A stretch of DNA of 64,000 nucleotides from Octopus bimaculoides (Eukaryota): contig NC_068985.1 of assembly GCF_001194135.2 (NCBI RefSeq), forward strand, positions 43,957,538 through 44,021,537. Reading direction: 5' to 3'. Position 1 is the first letter of the stretch, and each line of letters starts with the position of its first letter. Both the position numbers and the translations under genes were made by a program. The notes under the pieces were generated by a model, which did no database searches, had not been told where the DNA came from, and worked only from the letters and a program-made list of their open reading frames with translations. Of the stretch, positions 47,759-60,200 are shown piece after piece.

Positions 47759-49395
47759 TGTATGTGTGTGTGTGCTACTGTTTCCTATCTCGGCTTCATG
47801 TAATAGTCGTAAATGAGTGTCACTATCATGCAATCTTTGATTAGTTTGCTTGGAAACAGACAAGGTTTCAGCATCAGGAAGGATGCCTGGTCATAAAAAT
47901 GCTGTTTCAACAAATTCCATCCAACCTTTGCAAGTATGGAAAAATAGATTTTAAAACAAAGACAATGATCAATGAATGACTAAAAGTTCTAAAGAATTAA
48001 TATACATTCAGTTTCTTTATCCAGTTACATATTTAAATTGATGTCATTTAACTTTAGAGAAAGACAGTCTTTCTATTGTCTTTCAAATACATTAGTTTTT
48101 ATGTCTGGTGTCTTATTATCTAAATTATTTCTTCATCTTTTAGTTAGATGGGAAGTCAGTACCCATGATCCATTATAGGACCTCAAGACTTGTATGAGGT
48201 GGGGAGAAAAAGCATCTTCAAACTTAGCCCGAAAGCTTGAAACAAAGTACACTTTTCTAAAAGCACATCAAGTGTCAGATTGTGGTGTTACATTAGTTGG
48301 CAGGTTAAGTCTACCATCCAAGAAGAGACGTGGTGGGATTTGAACTAAGAATGCAAAAGTCAGAACAAAAATACCACAAGGCATCTGGTTCATTATTCTT
48401 ACATTTCCACCAACCCATTGCCTTGGATTGGTGCTTCTCTATTGATCCCTGGACGAAAGGCAAAAATTGACCTCAGCAAAATTTGAACATGCAGTGCAGA
48501 GATTTGGAACTGATAGTGCAAATCATTCTCTGTGATATTCTAAAGACTACCAATTTGCTATTCATCATGTCCTCCATTTTATTTTCATATCTTTCAAACT
48601 CATTGAAAACAGCTTAGAAAGATTTTTTTTCTTTTTTTGTTCATTGCACAATTTGCATATCTTCTCAAATGTAGGACATTTTCCTTTAACAAACACTTTA
48701 TTCATAGCAACAATTTACACTTTAGAAACATCTTTTGTTGGTTCACATGAGATACATCAGAGACAAAAAAAAAAATAGGTTGTATTCCATGAGAAATACT
48801 GGCTCTGTTGCAACAAATCATTTCCTGTTGTTGGATAAAATTCAAACATGTATTTAGAGCAGTGTTTCTAAATCCATATTAATGTTTGAAGGTTATTAAT
48901 AATTTTTGTTATATACAAATATGATTGATAATACAATGCAAACAGTGATTTTTTTACAATTTTTTTTCTATATTTATAACTTGAAATGTTAAAAAAAATT
49001 TTTTATCCAAAGTACTCCAGAAATGTTTTTTTTTATCTCAAATCTACTAAAATTTCAAAAAGATTGAGAATTTATCATCTAGAAATCTACTTTCCTGCCT
49101 CCTCTATGTATGTGGTGTCTGGTATACACCTTCAATAAGTCTCATTTGTATCAATTTCTGTTCAAGGCTTTAATTGCTTTCACTAAATTTATCTCACTCA
49201 CAGTATTGATACTCATCATAAAGGCAATGCAACTGTTACAAAAGAGTCTCTGACTATTCTTGACGAAGGGATTTAGATCTGGTTCTTTCAGGATCCTTCA
49301 TTGCAGGTCACATATTGTTTCTAACAACTTCATCATGTATCTTAAAACCCTCAGCTTCTAGCTGCTTCAAATGAATTATTATTGGCATTTTCTTT

Positions 49396-50517
49396 TCAGG
49401 TAGATGGCCCTGCTCAGTATGTAGAAAAGGAGTAGGTAGTAACTCTATAAGATGTACCCGGTGCAAGCTATGGACACATAAGAGGTGCAGCAACATCAAA
49501 GGCAGGTTAACTAGCAAGTTAGTTTTTGTTTGTGGCAGATGTTCAGGTGCAATAAAGACTGCAAACAAACAGGAAACAACTTCTATCTCATTCCAGGGTG
49601 AAAAACTAGAGGTAGTCGATAGCTTCCGCTATCTGGGCGACCAAGTTAGTAGTGGGGGTGGGTGCGCTGAAAGTGTAGCTGCTAGAATAAGAATAGCCTG
49701 GGCAAANNNNNNNNNNNNNNNNNNNNNNNNNNNNNNNNNNNNNNNNNNNNNNNNNNNNNNNNNNNNNNNNNNNNNNNNNNNNNNNNNNNNNNNNNNNNNN
49801 NNNNNNNNNNNNNNNNNNNNNNNNNNNNNNNNNNNNNNNNNNNNNNNNNNNNNNNNNNNNNNNNNNNNNNNNNNNNNNNNNNNNNNNNNNNNNNNNNNNN
49901 NNNNNNNNNNNNNNNNNNNNNNNNNNNNNNNNNNNNNNNNNNNNNNNNNNNNNNNNNNNNNNNNNNNNNNNNNNNNNNNNNNNNNNNNNNNNNNNNNNNN
50001 NNNNNNNNNNNNNNNNNNNNNNNNNNNNNNNNNNNNNNNNNNNNNNNNNNNNNNNNNNNNNNNNNNNNNNNNNNNNNNNNNNNNNNNNNNNNNNNNNNNN
50101 NNNNNNNNNNNNNNNNNNNNNNNNNNNNNNNNNNNNNNNNNNNNNNNNNNNNNNNNNNNNNNNNNNNNNNNNNNNNNNNNNNNNNNNNNNNNNNNNNNNN
50201 NNNNNNNNNNNNNNNNNNNNNNNNNNNNNNNNNNNNNNNNNNNNNNNNNNNNNNNNNNNNNNNNNNNNNNNNNNNGCGGGTGGCACATAAAAGACACCAT
50301 TTCGAGCGTGGCCGTTTTCGTGCGGGTGACACGTAAAAGCACCCACTACACTCTCTGAGTGGTTGGCGTTAGGAAGGGCATCCAGCTGTAGAAACTCTGC
50401 CAAATCAGACTGGAGCCTGGTGTTGCCATCCGGTTTCACCAGTCCTCAGTCAAATCGTCCAACCCATGCTAGTATGGAAAGCGGACGTTAAACGATGATG
50501 ATGATGATGATGATGAT
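49396..50517 (+). mobile_element. 5'-truncated RTE LINE (PHD finger, RT C-terminal region, 3' UTR, (GAT)n), middle hidden by a gap
   Basis: Stop-free frame 49396-49706: SGRWPCSVC..CTRCKLWTHKRC..CGRC..LEVVDSFRYLGDQVSSGGG..RIRIAWAK. The 3' UTR occupies 50276-50517. Continuity across the gap is assumed. Confidence 0.9.
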
Positions 50518-51752
50518 CTAACCCCAGTACAAATAATTTTATTATCTTCGTCAATTAATGACATTTATCAGAGTCATTCAGTTTCTTGGTTTGAGAGTTA
50601 ACCATAAAACATTGCAGCCACATCAAGACAAAGTTAGGATCAGTCAATGCTCATCTGAATCCTGTTTGTAATGCCATTTGTTGTGAAAATCAGTCTAAGG
50701 TCAAATGGCAAAGTCATTACAGTGATGGATAGAATACTTTGTGGTATTTGCTCTAGCTCTCTACGCTCTGGGTTCAAATCCTGTTGAAGTCAGCTCTGCT
50801 TCTTATCCTTTCAGAGTTGATAGGCAGAACTGTTAGATCAGGTAAGAAATGCCTTGCAATATCTTTCCTGGTTCTTTGTATTCTGATAGCAATGCCAGCA
50901 ATATATTGATGCCAAGCTGTATGGGACTAAGTTGGTAACCTTTTCTCTTGGATAAAAATCAGTGAAATAGAAAGATGTAACTTGTTCTGACAACAACACT
51001 TGCAATGTTACTGTTGCCAAGCTGTATCGGCCCAAGTCAGTGGCCTTTTCCTTGGACAAACATCAATAGCATAGAGAGAAGAGACTTCCATACATGGACA
51101 AGTGCTAGTTTTCATCAAAAAGTCTTGCTCAGACCTGCACAAATATGTGCAGATGCATGGTTAATATTGACTGATGGAAGATCAGTCTAGCTACGTCTTC
51201 AAGTTTTTATTTAGCTAAAGATAATATCTTCATCTCTATATCTAACAGCTGTGTAAATATATTCTCATAATCCCAGATCCATTCTATTTCTTTAGTGCAA
51301 AACTCTCAAGAGAAAACTATGTTTTTCTCTTGTAATTCTATTTTTTCCAAAACGTCATTCTTTTAAACACTCGAACATTTGTTTCAATGTTCATGTTTAA
51401 AGTATAATTATTGCCAAATTTTTGCCTGTATTGACCTTAAAGGAAATATATTTTCAATTTCATGCTAAAAATTCTCTAATCTCAACTGATGATAGACTTC
51501 CATTGTATTTGTTCACATCAAGGCATGGTGACCACTACTGTTGGGAGAATTGATTCAAAGTGAATCCTTCCATGGACACCCTTCTTAGTCTAGGTATTTT
51601 CCCATCCTCTCAACCTGTCCAACTGGCAGTCATTGTCTTCCATCATAAATCAATACTGAAGTAAGCTGTTATTAATGTATTAATTAGTTCTCGTAAACTA
51701 AATATCCTTTTCTCATTGCATAATTGTATTTTAATTCACTTTTCATACCACA

Positions 51753-51971
51753 TGCTTTAGCATTCAAATTATTCTGTTAAATGTAATACTTTTTCATTCA
51801 CATTGTTTTGAATTGACCATGTATTATTTTGTATCTTCGAGATTTTGATGATGTGATTGTTTATTTTTAGAAGGACATTGTAGGTTGGTGTGAGAGGCTG
51901 GACATGATCAGTTTGAACATAAAACATGTAGAATATTTGGGTCAAATATGGCTGGTTTAAATACTAAATGG
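51753..51971. mobile_element. piggyBac-like MITE (inverted copy of the 44609 family)
   Basis: CTTTAGCATTC ... AATACTAAATGG|TTAA; the internal sequence is the reverse complement of 44609-44831. Confidence 0.75.
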
Positions 51972-52867
51972 TTAAATATATTGGCAAGAACTAGACTGTT
52001 ATTTACATGTGGAGAGCATGTTCATTTTGAACAAACATATGGCTGAGATAACTCTTCAGTCTTGTCAAAGACAAAACGACCTCTTTAATGCAGGTGCTAT
52101 GAAAAAAGATACTTAACACAGTTTGTAAAAGAATTAGTGATTGAAAGGACATGTCAAATGAAATTCTTGAGTTAGATATAGTCACTAACAGTTGAAGAGA
52201 ATATTGACTTCAGTTAAGAATTGATTTGGTCTGTGATGACCTGTCCAATTCATGCTAGCATGAGAATTGAATGTAACATGATTATGATGATGATAATGGT
52301 ATCTAACTAACATATTCTTTAGAATATGCTAACTTCTACACCTATTTATCTACAATATTGTACATTTACTTCATATTTCAATGATCATTGCATCAGCAGA
52401 GACTATGAAGTCTGTTTCACTGAAGTGGTCAAATAAGATGGAAACATTTCAAGTTGGCTCCTGTCTTGTTGAATAATTAAAATGTTAGTCTTTAATTAGT
52501 AACTATCTTTTGTTCATCCCAGAATTCTTTCTAGTAATTTTTCTATGCTTCTTACATTAAATATGTTGGCAGTAACTTGCCTATGACGGTAGTAACTTAC
52601 CTATATTTACCAAGGTACAATCTAGACTCTATAGAAGTAGTTTTAGTCTACATCATACAGTTTTGTATTCCTTATTTTAACAGCACTGCTTACACCAGTG
52701 CTGTGTGAATGTTCTCATTTTAAACCTCACCAGTGCTTGTTTTTAATTTTAACAGTCTGAAACCAGTAAGATAAACAGCGGTAATAGATTTGGTTGTTCC
52801 AGTTTATTACGTTTCCTTCCACCAAAATTTGACCCAACAATCAGTCAAATGAAATTGATATAAAGGC

Positions 52868-53420
52868 ATAGCTGTGTGGATTAGAAGCTTGCTTTGGAAT
52901 CTTGTGGTTTTGGGCCCATTTCCTTGGGCAAGTGTCTTTTTCTATAGCTTGAGACTGATCAACACCTTGTGAGTGAATTTTATAGACAGAAGCTATAAGG
53001 AAGCTTAGCGGTATTTCATCTGTCGTTACGTTCTGAGTTCAAATTCCGCCGAGGTCGACTTTGCCTTTCATCCTTTCGGGGTCGATAAATTAAGTACCAG
53101 TTACGCACTGGGGTCGATGTAATCGACTTAATCCCTTTGTCTGTCCTTGTTTGTCCCCTCTATGCTTAGCCCCTTGTGGGCAATAAAGAAATAAGAAACT
53201 ATAAGGAAGTTTGTTATATATGTATGTGTCTCTGTGGTTTTGTGTTTATGTTGTCTCCCACCACCTCTTAACAGCCAGTGTTGGTTTGTTTACATCTCCA
53301 TAGCTTAGTAGTTTGGCAAAAGGTACCTATAGAATAAGTACCAAATTTAATAAATATTTAATAAATAATTGTTCAAGGTGGAGCCACAGCATGGCTGCAA
53401 GCCCAATGAATGAAACAAGT
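52868..53420 (+). mobile_element. Old SINE A interrupted by a young SINE B
   Basis: Family A head 52868-53003; family A resumes at 53210. Confidence 0.85.
53004..53193 (+). mobile_element. SINE family B, 5' truncated, young, about 16-bp TSD
   Basis: AGAAGCTATAAGGAAG (52988-53003) and AGAAACTATAAGGAAG (53194-53209); CpGs intact. Confidence 0.92.
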
Positions 53421-53480
53421 AAATTCAGACTTCAGGTTATCTTCTTTTGTAATTCCATTCACATTCATGGTATATTTAAG

Positions 53481-53705
53481 GTGGTGAGCTGGCAGAGTTG
53501 TTAGCACGCCGGGTAAAATGCTTAGCAGTATTTTGTCTGCTGTTATGTTCTGAGTTCAAATTCCATGGAGGTTAACTTTACCTTTCATCCTTTCAGGGTC
53601 GATTAAGTAAGTACCAGTTACACACTGGGATCTATGTAATCAGCTTAATCCCTTTGTCTGTCCTTGTTTGTCCCCTCTACATTTAGCTCCCTATGGGCAA
53701 TACAG
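53481..53705 (+). mobile_element. SINE family B, full length
   Basis: GGTGGTGAGCTGGCAGAGTTGTTAGCACGCCGGG..GAGTTCAAATTCC..CTTTCATCCTTTCAGGGTCGAT. Confidence 0.9.
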
Positions 53706-55914
53706 ATATAAATTTTTGGAATATAAATCAACTCAGTTCTTGATGGACTAGTAATAACTCTGGCAATCATGCCAGCTGCTTTGGATGCCACATCATGTTT
53801 AGGATCTGCCAAATACAAAGAGTAAAATATGAAAATAATAAATAATATAAAATAAAGAGAGAATGTGAAAATTCTTTGCAAATTGTTGCATCTTCAGGTG
53901 ATCTGTGCAACACCCTGGACTTTCTTTCACCACTCATTTTCCTTTTCATATTTGTAAGAAAATTATATTGAAATCATTGTCAATTATGTAAATACAATTT
54001 CTCTCATTCTCCCCCACTCTCCTTCTTCTAGTTATATTAATGAAAAGATTCGAAGCTTTTATTATGGTAGAACATACTTTATTTCTCCATTTTCATATTT
54101 CTTTTCTCTTGAGAAAGCTTAGCAAAAATTCTATCTGAAGAGGTGGCCAATATTCAGCTTGTCTGTGATAGCAGCAACCCCAGGTTTCACCCTGAAAATA
54201 CTCAATAACACTGGTAAAGATTATGGGTCATTGAGGCAGTTTGAAATGGCTGAAACCTATCTAGAGTTATCTCACCATGCTGCCTAGTTCAAACTTACTA
54301 CTTTACCACATTCTAATTTTCAGTAAAATTTTAGAGTTGTTTCCTCTTATTATCCTTTCATAACCTTAATTGATCATTCAGCTAATCAGTCTGTCTTCGC
54401 ACTGCAAAAATAATTTTAATTAATTTCTTGTGACAGTGGCTTAATTACATTTGCACCAAAATTACTATTTAACTTTCTTTATTACTCATGGAGAGCCCTT
54501 TAAATTTCCAGTTCCTTTATTCTCACATCAAAAACTCATACCTTCTTCCATCACAACTTACACCTCGTTGAAGCTCTAGCTTAAGTTATGCAAGTTAGTT
54601 ATTTAATTTATTCATTTTAATCATATTGAAATTTTCACTAGAAAAAGATATTGGCAACATGTAGATGTATATTTATTGGAATGTCTTCAACATTTTTTTC
54701 TTCTATGAGAATGTCTGCAATATTTTATCAAATTTTTTTGCTTTTAGAACTTCACTACAATGTTGCAAATATTAAATGTCAATTTCAAAGGCTACTATAG
54801 CACTTTTACAGAGTCTGTACTTATCAATACAGGATTACCATTGCCTATTTTACATAGTCTACACTTTAGCTTCAAATGTTATTCACAAAGTTAAGGTTTT
54901 TTTGAGAGAATCACCAGTGTGTTTAATATTATAGAATTTAAAACATAAATCAGATATTAAAATAAGCCACCAGTTTTACACTATACACACACACACACAC
55001 ACACAATAAAAACAGATGAATGGATTACCTGGTATTACTACAATCGTTTCGTTAAGAGTTTTTACTGTGATGTAATTATAGTTCAGTCTGGTGTGCTGTA
55101 TGCACAACATTTGAACAATAATGTAATATGTTATGAAACTTACAATTCATCAAGCTAACCAAACAAACAAGTGAACAGTGACATGTTGATTAATCAACAG
55201 ATCATCAACAAGTGAAATCTCTAATTAGAATTACCAACATCTAAACATAGTGAAGTGGGTGTGATTACAATCTGTCACTCATGGAAGGTGGATAGCAGAA
55301 TGAGGTTGTAAATTAAAGAACAGGTAAAGGTGTTTCTATTCCAAAGATGTCATTAGACATCATGGCTAATAGTAGGAACATTCCTATGTATTTGTGTGTG
55401 TGTGTTTAAAGTAAGGAACATACATGAGAGCTAACGTTGTGAATATTTTAGAAATAGATGTTAAAATGTTATTTTCAACTGAAGATCATAGAGTATGTTT
55501 GTCATGCAAAACATGAAATCAATTGATATTGAAATATACATTACTTACTGTATTCAATGCAAAGGTAAGCCTATTTCTCATATGTTCATTGCATTGCTTG
55601 TGTGTATCTTTATCGTGAGTTTATGGTGGGTTTTGGAGCATTGACTCTGATTTTAGCAAGTGGTCTTATATACCCTATTGAATCTTAATTTACCTTATAT
55701 TGTGCCTGTAATGGTGTGAACTTGCTAGCCACCTTATTATTACCATATTAATACTATTAATAACAGCAGTAATACTTCTATATATTTATATATATATANN
55801 NNNNNNNNNNNNNNNNNNNNNNNNNNNNNNNNNNNNNNNNNNNNNNNNNNNNNNNNNNNNNNNNNNNNNNNNNNNNNNNNNNNNNNNNNNNNNNNNNNNN
55901 NNNTATAATGAGTA

Positions 55915-56223
55915 AACTGACACTCTGTCAATTACAATAACGAGGGTTCCAATTGATCTGACTAATGGAATAGCCTGCTTGGGAAATTAATGTGCAAGTG
56001 GCTGAGCACTCCACGTAGTTCTCAGGGAGATTCAGCATGACACAGAATGTGACAAGGCTGGCCCTTTGAATTACTGGTACAACTCATTTTTGGCAGCTAC
56101 ATAGACTGGAGCAACATAAAATAACTTGTCTTGCTCACAGACTCAACATGCTGCTGAGAATTGAACTCATGACCTTACAGTCGTGAGGTAATTACTCTAA
56201 TTACTAAGCCATGTACTTTCACA
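55915..56223 (-). mobile_element. SINE family C, at least 11-bp TSD
   Basis: TATAATGAGTA at 55904-55914 and 56224-56234. Confidence 0.85.
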
Positions 56224-56239
56224 TATAATGAGTACAATG

Positions 56240-56545
56240 AAAACAAGTAGCTGAAATGGGGTTCATTGTTGGGTGTGTGGAGCAACGTTACTTGACAGGG
56301 GACTCTTCAGGTTGAGTCACTGCCTTTCCACATTGAGAGATCAGGCTCTGGTACTACAGGCAAGTGATTTGAATATCACAGGAAGGACTCTTCACACCGA
56401 AGCAATTGACTGGTGAACTAGGAGTAGACCAAGAACAAAATGGCTGGATAATATCTATAGTCTTAGGTGGTCATACTTGGAATACAGCCAGAAAGTCTAA
56501 TGATGGCTGCTTCTGACAAGACCATAAGTCTCTACCCACATGAAC
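56240..56545 (+). mobile_element. RTE (Rex3/Expander-like) RT C-terminal remnant
   Basis: QVAEMGF..LQVESLPFHIERS..RSRPRTKWLDNI..W; same family as 24765-25137. Confidence 0.75.
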
Positions 56546-56611
56546 CTCTCAGGAAAAGTAGGTGGAGAAGATACTTGAATGGATATGTGTGTGTCTGTGT
56601 GTGTATATATA

Positions 56612-56825
56612 CAAGGTTGCTGAAAAATTCCTGGCTTTCAGGCTATTGCAAGAAGGCCTGATTGGAGGCCAAACCTTCCGTGTTCTTTTTCAGGGCTTAG
56701 AAAAACTGAAGGACCACTGCAATAAGTGTGTGAATCTGAGAGTGGAATATGTTGAATAAAATCATAATTAACTGACCCTCCTGTATTTTCTTTTATCCAA
56801 GGCCAGGAACTTTTCAGCACCCTCA
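56612..56825 (+). mobile_element. Internally deleted mariner (both TIRs plus transposase C-terminus)
   Basis: TIRs CAAGGTTGCTGAAAAATTCCTGGC and GCCAGGAACTTTTCAGCACCCTCA. The internal FQGLEKLKDHCNKCVNLRVEYVE* resembles the mariner GI.KL..RW.KC....G.Y.E* ending. Confidence 0.88.
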
Positions 56826-56830
56826 CATAT

Positions 56831-56832
<2 letters not shown>

Positions 56833-56918
<86 letters not shown>
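56833..56918. repeat. (CA)n microsatellite
   Basis: Directly visible. Confidence 0.98.
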
Positions 56919-56920
<2 letters not shown>

Positions 56921-57424
56921 TTTGATTATTTTTTCAGTTGGTAATTTTAGAAATTTTTCAAATTTGACTTAGGGAAGTTGGGTGAGAGTGTTTACATATA
57001 ATGATGACGGCAATACTCCAGTATGGCCTCAATCCAGTAAAAAAAAAAGTATTTATCAGTAGTGGGTCTTCTTTTTTATTTTATCTAAAACTTGACCATT
57101 TTCACTTCCATTCAGATTGTTGTAATTGTTGTAGGTTTCATATAGTATTTCAATGCACCTCAGAGTTGTTTTCGTTGTTGTTATTTGGGCCAGATGAGTC
57201 CTGGATGTTCAATGACCAAAAGATATTTTGGTCATTGTGCATCACAAGATCTCAGTGAGTTCTCTTTTAAAGCCAGCAAATTATTTGAGGGAGATTTTGT
57301 TAGTATTTTTAGTGGCTCAATGATGGTGTAGAGTGGTTTACTGTCGTTGTGGATTTAATTAAATGGAGCAAGCACTCCATCAGAAGTATTTCAGCAATCT
57401 GTTGTATCTACAGTTTACAGAAAT

Positions 57425-58020
57425 AAACTGGACAGTGGAGAGTGTGCAACATGTTCAGATTGCAGTGTACAATATCTATAAGTGTACAGGACAGTGGAAA
57501 GAGTGCAACATGTGCAAACTGCTACACTGCACCACATACATGCATGTTGTAGTGTGTACTTGTCAGTGGAGAGAGAGAGAGAGCACATGTGCTGACTGCA
57601 CACACATGGACGCTGCACACTACAACATGCATGTTATACAGGCAATATCTACAGGTGTACAGGGGGACAGTGGAAAGAGTGCAACATGTTCAGACTGTCA
57701 TACTGCACCATGTACTTGCATGTTGCAGTGTATGATGCTCACAGTTGTGCAGGACAGTGGAAAGAGTGCAGCATGTTGAAACAGTCAGACTGCCTCATGT
57801 ACATGCATATTGCAGTGTGCAGCATCCACCACAAGTGTACACAGTTATAAGAGTGCAACATGTTCAGATGGTCACACTGCACTACATGCATGTATGTTGC
57901 AGTGTACAATATTCACAGGTGTACAGCATGTATAGTTATACAGAAATAGACTGAACAACAGAAAGAATGCAGTATGTTTACAGTATCACACTGTGCTACA
58001 CAAAGTGTGCAGCATCTGCA
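57425..58020. repeat. Degenerate 87-bp minisatellite
   Basis: GAGTGCA(A/G)CATG at 57677, 57764 and 57851 (87-bp period); GGACAGTGG at 57430, 57489, 57665 and 57752. Confidence 0.85.
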
Positions 58021-58039
58021 AGGTGTGTGTGTATATATA

Positions 58040-58460
58040 CCGTAAATCCTCAAATATAATCCATACTTTTTCCCAAAAATTTAAAGGTCAATATTTCCAG
58101 TGCGTACTATATACGAGGTTAAAAATGAAAAATATTTTCTAAGCAAAATTTTCTCAGTGATAAATATGTAAAGGCAATTTACTTAATATCTATTTTTCAC
58201 TGACATTATTACTGTTATTTCTTTATTTTCTGCAAAGTGCACAAAAAAGCTACATGTTTGCATTATGTTATATATACAATAATAATAAAGAACGTTACCG
58301 TATATACGTTTACAAACCAAGGACGTTATATAGACCTCCTTGACTCAAGTTAGAGAAGGGGTGCATATTATACACAAGGTTTAGGTTTTTCAGAGGTACA
58401 GCCCCCTAAAAATCCCCTGCGTATTATACTTAAGGGCGGACTATACTCGAGGATTTACGG
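58040..58460. mobile_element. Tc2/pogo-like MITE
   Basis: TA|CCGTAAATCCTCAAATATA ... TATACTCGAGGATTTACGG|TA (17/19 TIR match). Confidence 0.88.
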
Positions 58461-58464
58461 TATG

Positions 58465-58509
<45 letters not shown>

Positions 58510-59997
58510 GCAGATCTGTGAGACTGTTCAGCTAACTACCTGCATGGGATAGTGGTCTATCAATAAAACTTGAATGGAATGGAGAGGACTATCTCCAACT
58601 GACTTATCTTGTGGGTGTATATGGAGTGAGTTGAGATCTAAAAAATTTTTCTCTATATAAAAATATATCTGGATTTTCATGGAAGATCTTTCTATGGGAC
58701 ACAAAGAATTTTACACCTGGAAATCAACACACACACACGTATACATAATTGTATGTATGTATGTATGTATGCAAATATATATATATATATATATAGATAA
58801 TGTATGTTGTGTATGTGTGTGTGTGTGCGTATATATATTAGGATACACACGCACACACACATGACATATGTAGGCACTGAGTGAGGAGGAGCAATATGCC
58901 TCATCTCTGATAAATACTGGTTTCTATAGTTACAGCTCTTTTGCAATATCGTCCATCAATAGTGTATATACAGTTGTAGGATGACAGCAAACAATCCAAC
59001 TTTCTTGACTCATTTATATGGTCCATATTATAATTTCAATGAGTCACACTCACTAATATCGTTTTGATGCTGGCAGTGATTGTGGGTGGATGGTGGGTAA
59101 ACCACCTCCAGATAAAGCTTTTTGTAAACTACCATATCTCTTAGTTCTCTTTCCTTCCTGCTTTCTTTCTCGTGTTAGTCAGACAGGTGCTTGGTGGTGT
59201 TGTGTCTGTTAAACCCCCCCCCCATCCCGCGCCATCGCCACCGCCGCCACCACAACCACCGCCACCACCACCTGTGACTACTACTGCCATCATCTTATAA
59301 CAACCTGTTAGGTGTTCTGCTTTGTGAAATGTGTAATATACTAATTAGAGTTATAATAATAACAATGAAGACTAAGACTATAGTGGTAGTGGTGGTGAGG
59401 GTGATAGTGGTAGTTGTGGTGGTGGTTGTGAAAGAAGTGACAATGATAATGATTTCTTTGGATGATGATCTAGAAATAAAGAATTGCATGAGAGTCAAAG
59501 AATAAAGGATTGCTACAAAAACAATGTAAGAGCACAAACACACGTACAGAAATAATATGGGATATTACCTGAAGAGGTTGCCAGTGGAATAATAGGACAG
59601 TACTATAAAATGAATTAGACTAAATTGTTTTCCAAACTTAGCTCTAATCCCCCTAAGTTGTAAGTTCAAAACTTGTTCAGTATAATTTCTTTCATCTTGT
59701 TAGGGTTCTTATTTTAAGTGTACTTAGGAAATTATAGGAACCATAAATCTGACTGTTCTGCTAAAAGATATGCATTCTGCATGTTATTTGTATAAAGTGG
59801 ATGAGGTCATGGGTGTGTGGTAAAGAACTTTGCTTTACAACTATGTGGTTCTAGGTTCAATCTCACAACATATCATCTTCAAAATTTGTCTTCAAACTGT
59901 TGCACTGTGCTGACCAATACTAAGTGAAACTTTGTGGTAGTCCACTTAATACATACATACATACATACATACATATATGAATATATATGTATATTGT

Positions 59998-60200
59998 TTT
60001 ATTCTTTTACTTGTTTCAGTCATTTGACTCTGGCCATGCTGGAGCACCACCTTTAGTCAAACAAATCAGCCTCAGGACTTATTCTTTGTAAGCCTAGTGC
60101 TTATTCTATTGGTCTCTTTCTGCCAAACTGCTAAGTTACAGAGACGTAAACACACCAACATCAGTTGTCCAGCATTGGTGGGGGAACAAACACAGATACA
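59998..60200 (-). mobile_element. SINE family A 3' half
   Basis: Reverse complement of the tail. Family A heads also lie on the plus strand at about 59800-59930 and 60430-60600. Confidence 0.88.

Noticed and set aside
53865-53900. CTGAAGA plus a 5-bp stem on the minus strand (hammerhead-like)
   Set aside because: No GAAA follows helix II. The other CTGANGA sites checked also lacked helix II or GAAA.
54100-54220. Strong polypyrimidine tract followed by KILSEEVANIQLVCDSSNP
   Set aside because: The acceptor position is ambiguous, the donor is weak, and a stop precedes the better donor.
59210-59290. GC-rich patch resembling a CpG island
   Set aside because: It is only about 70 bp of (CCG/CCA)n microsatellite.
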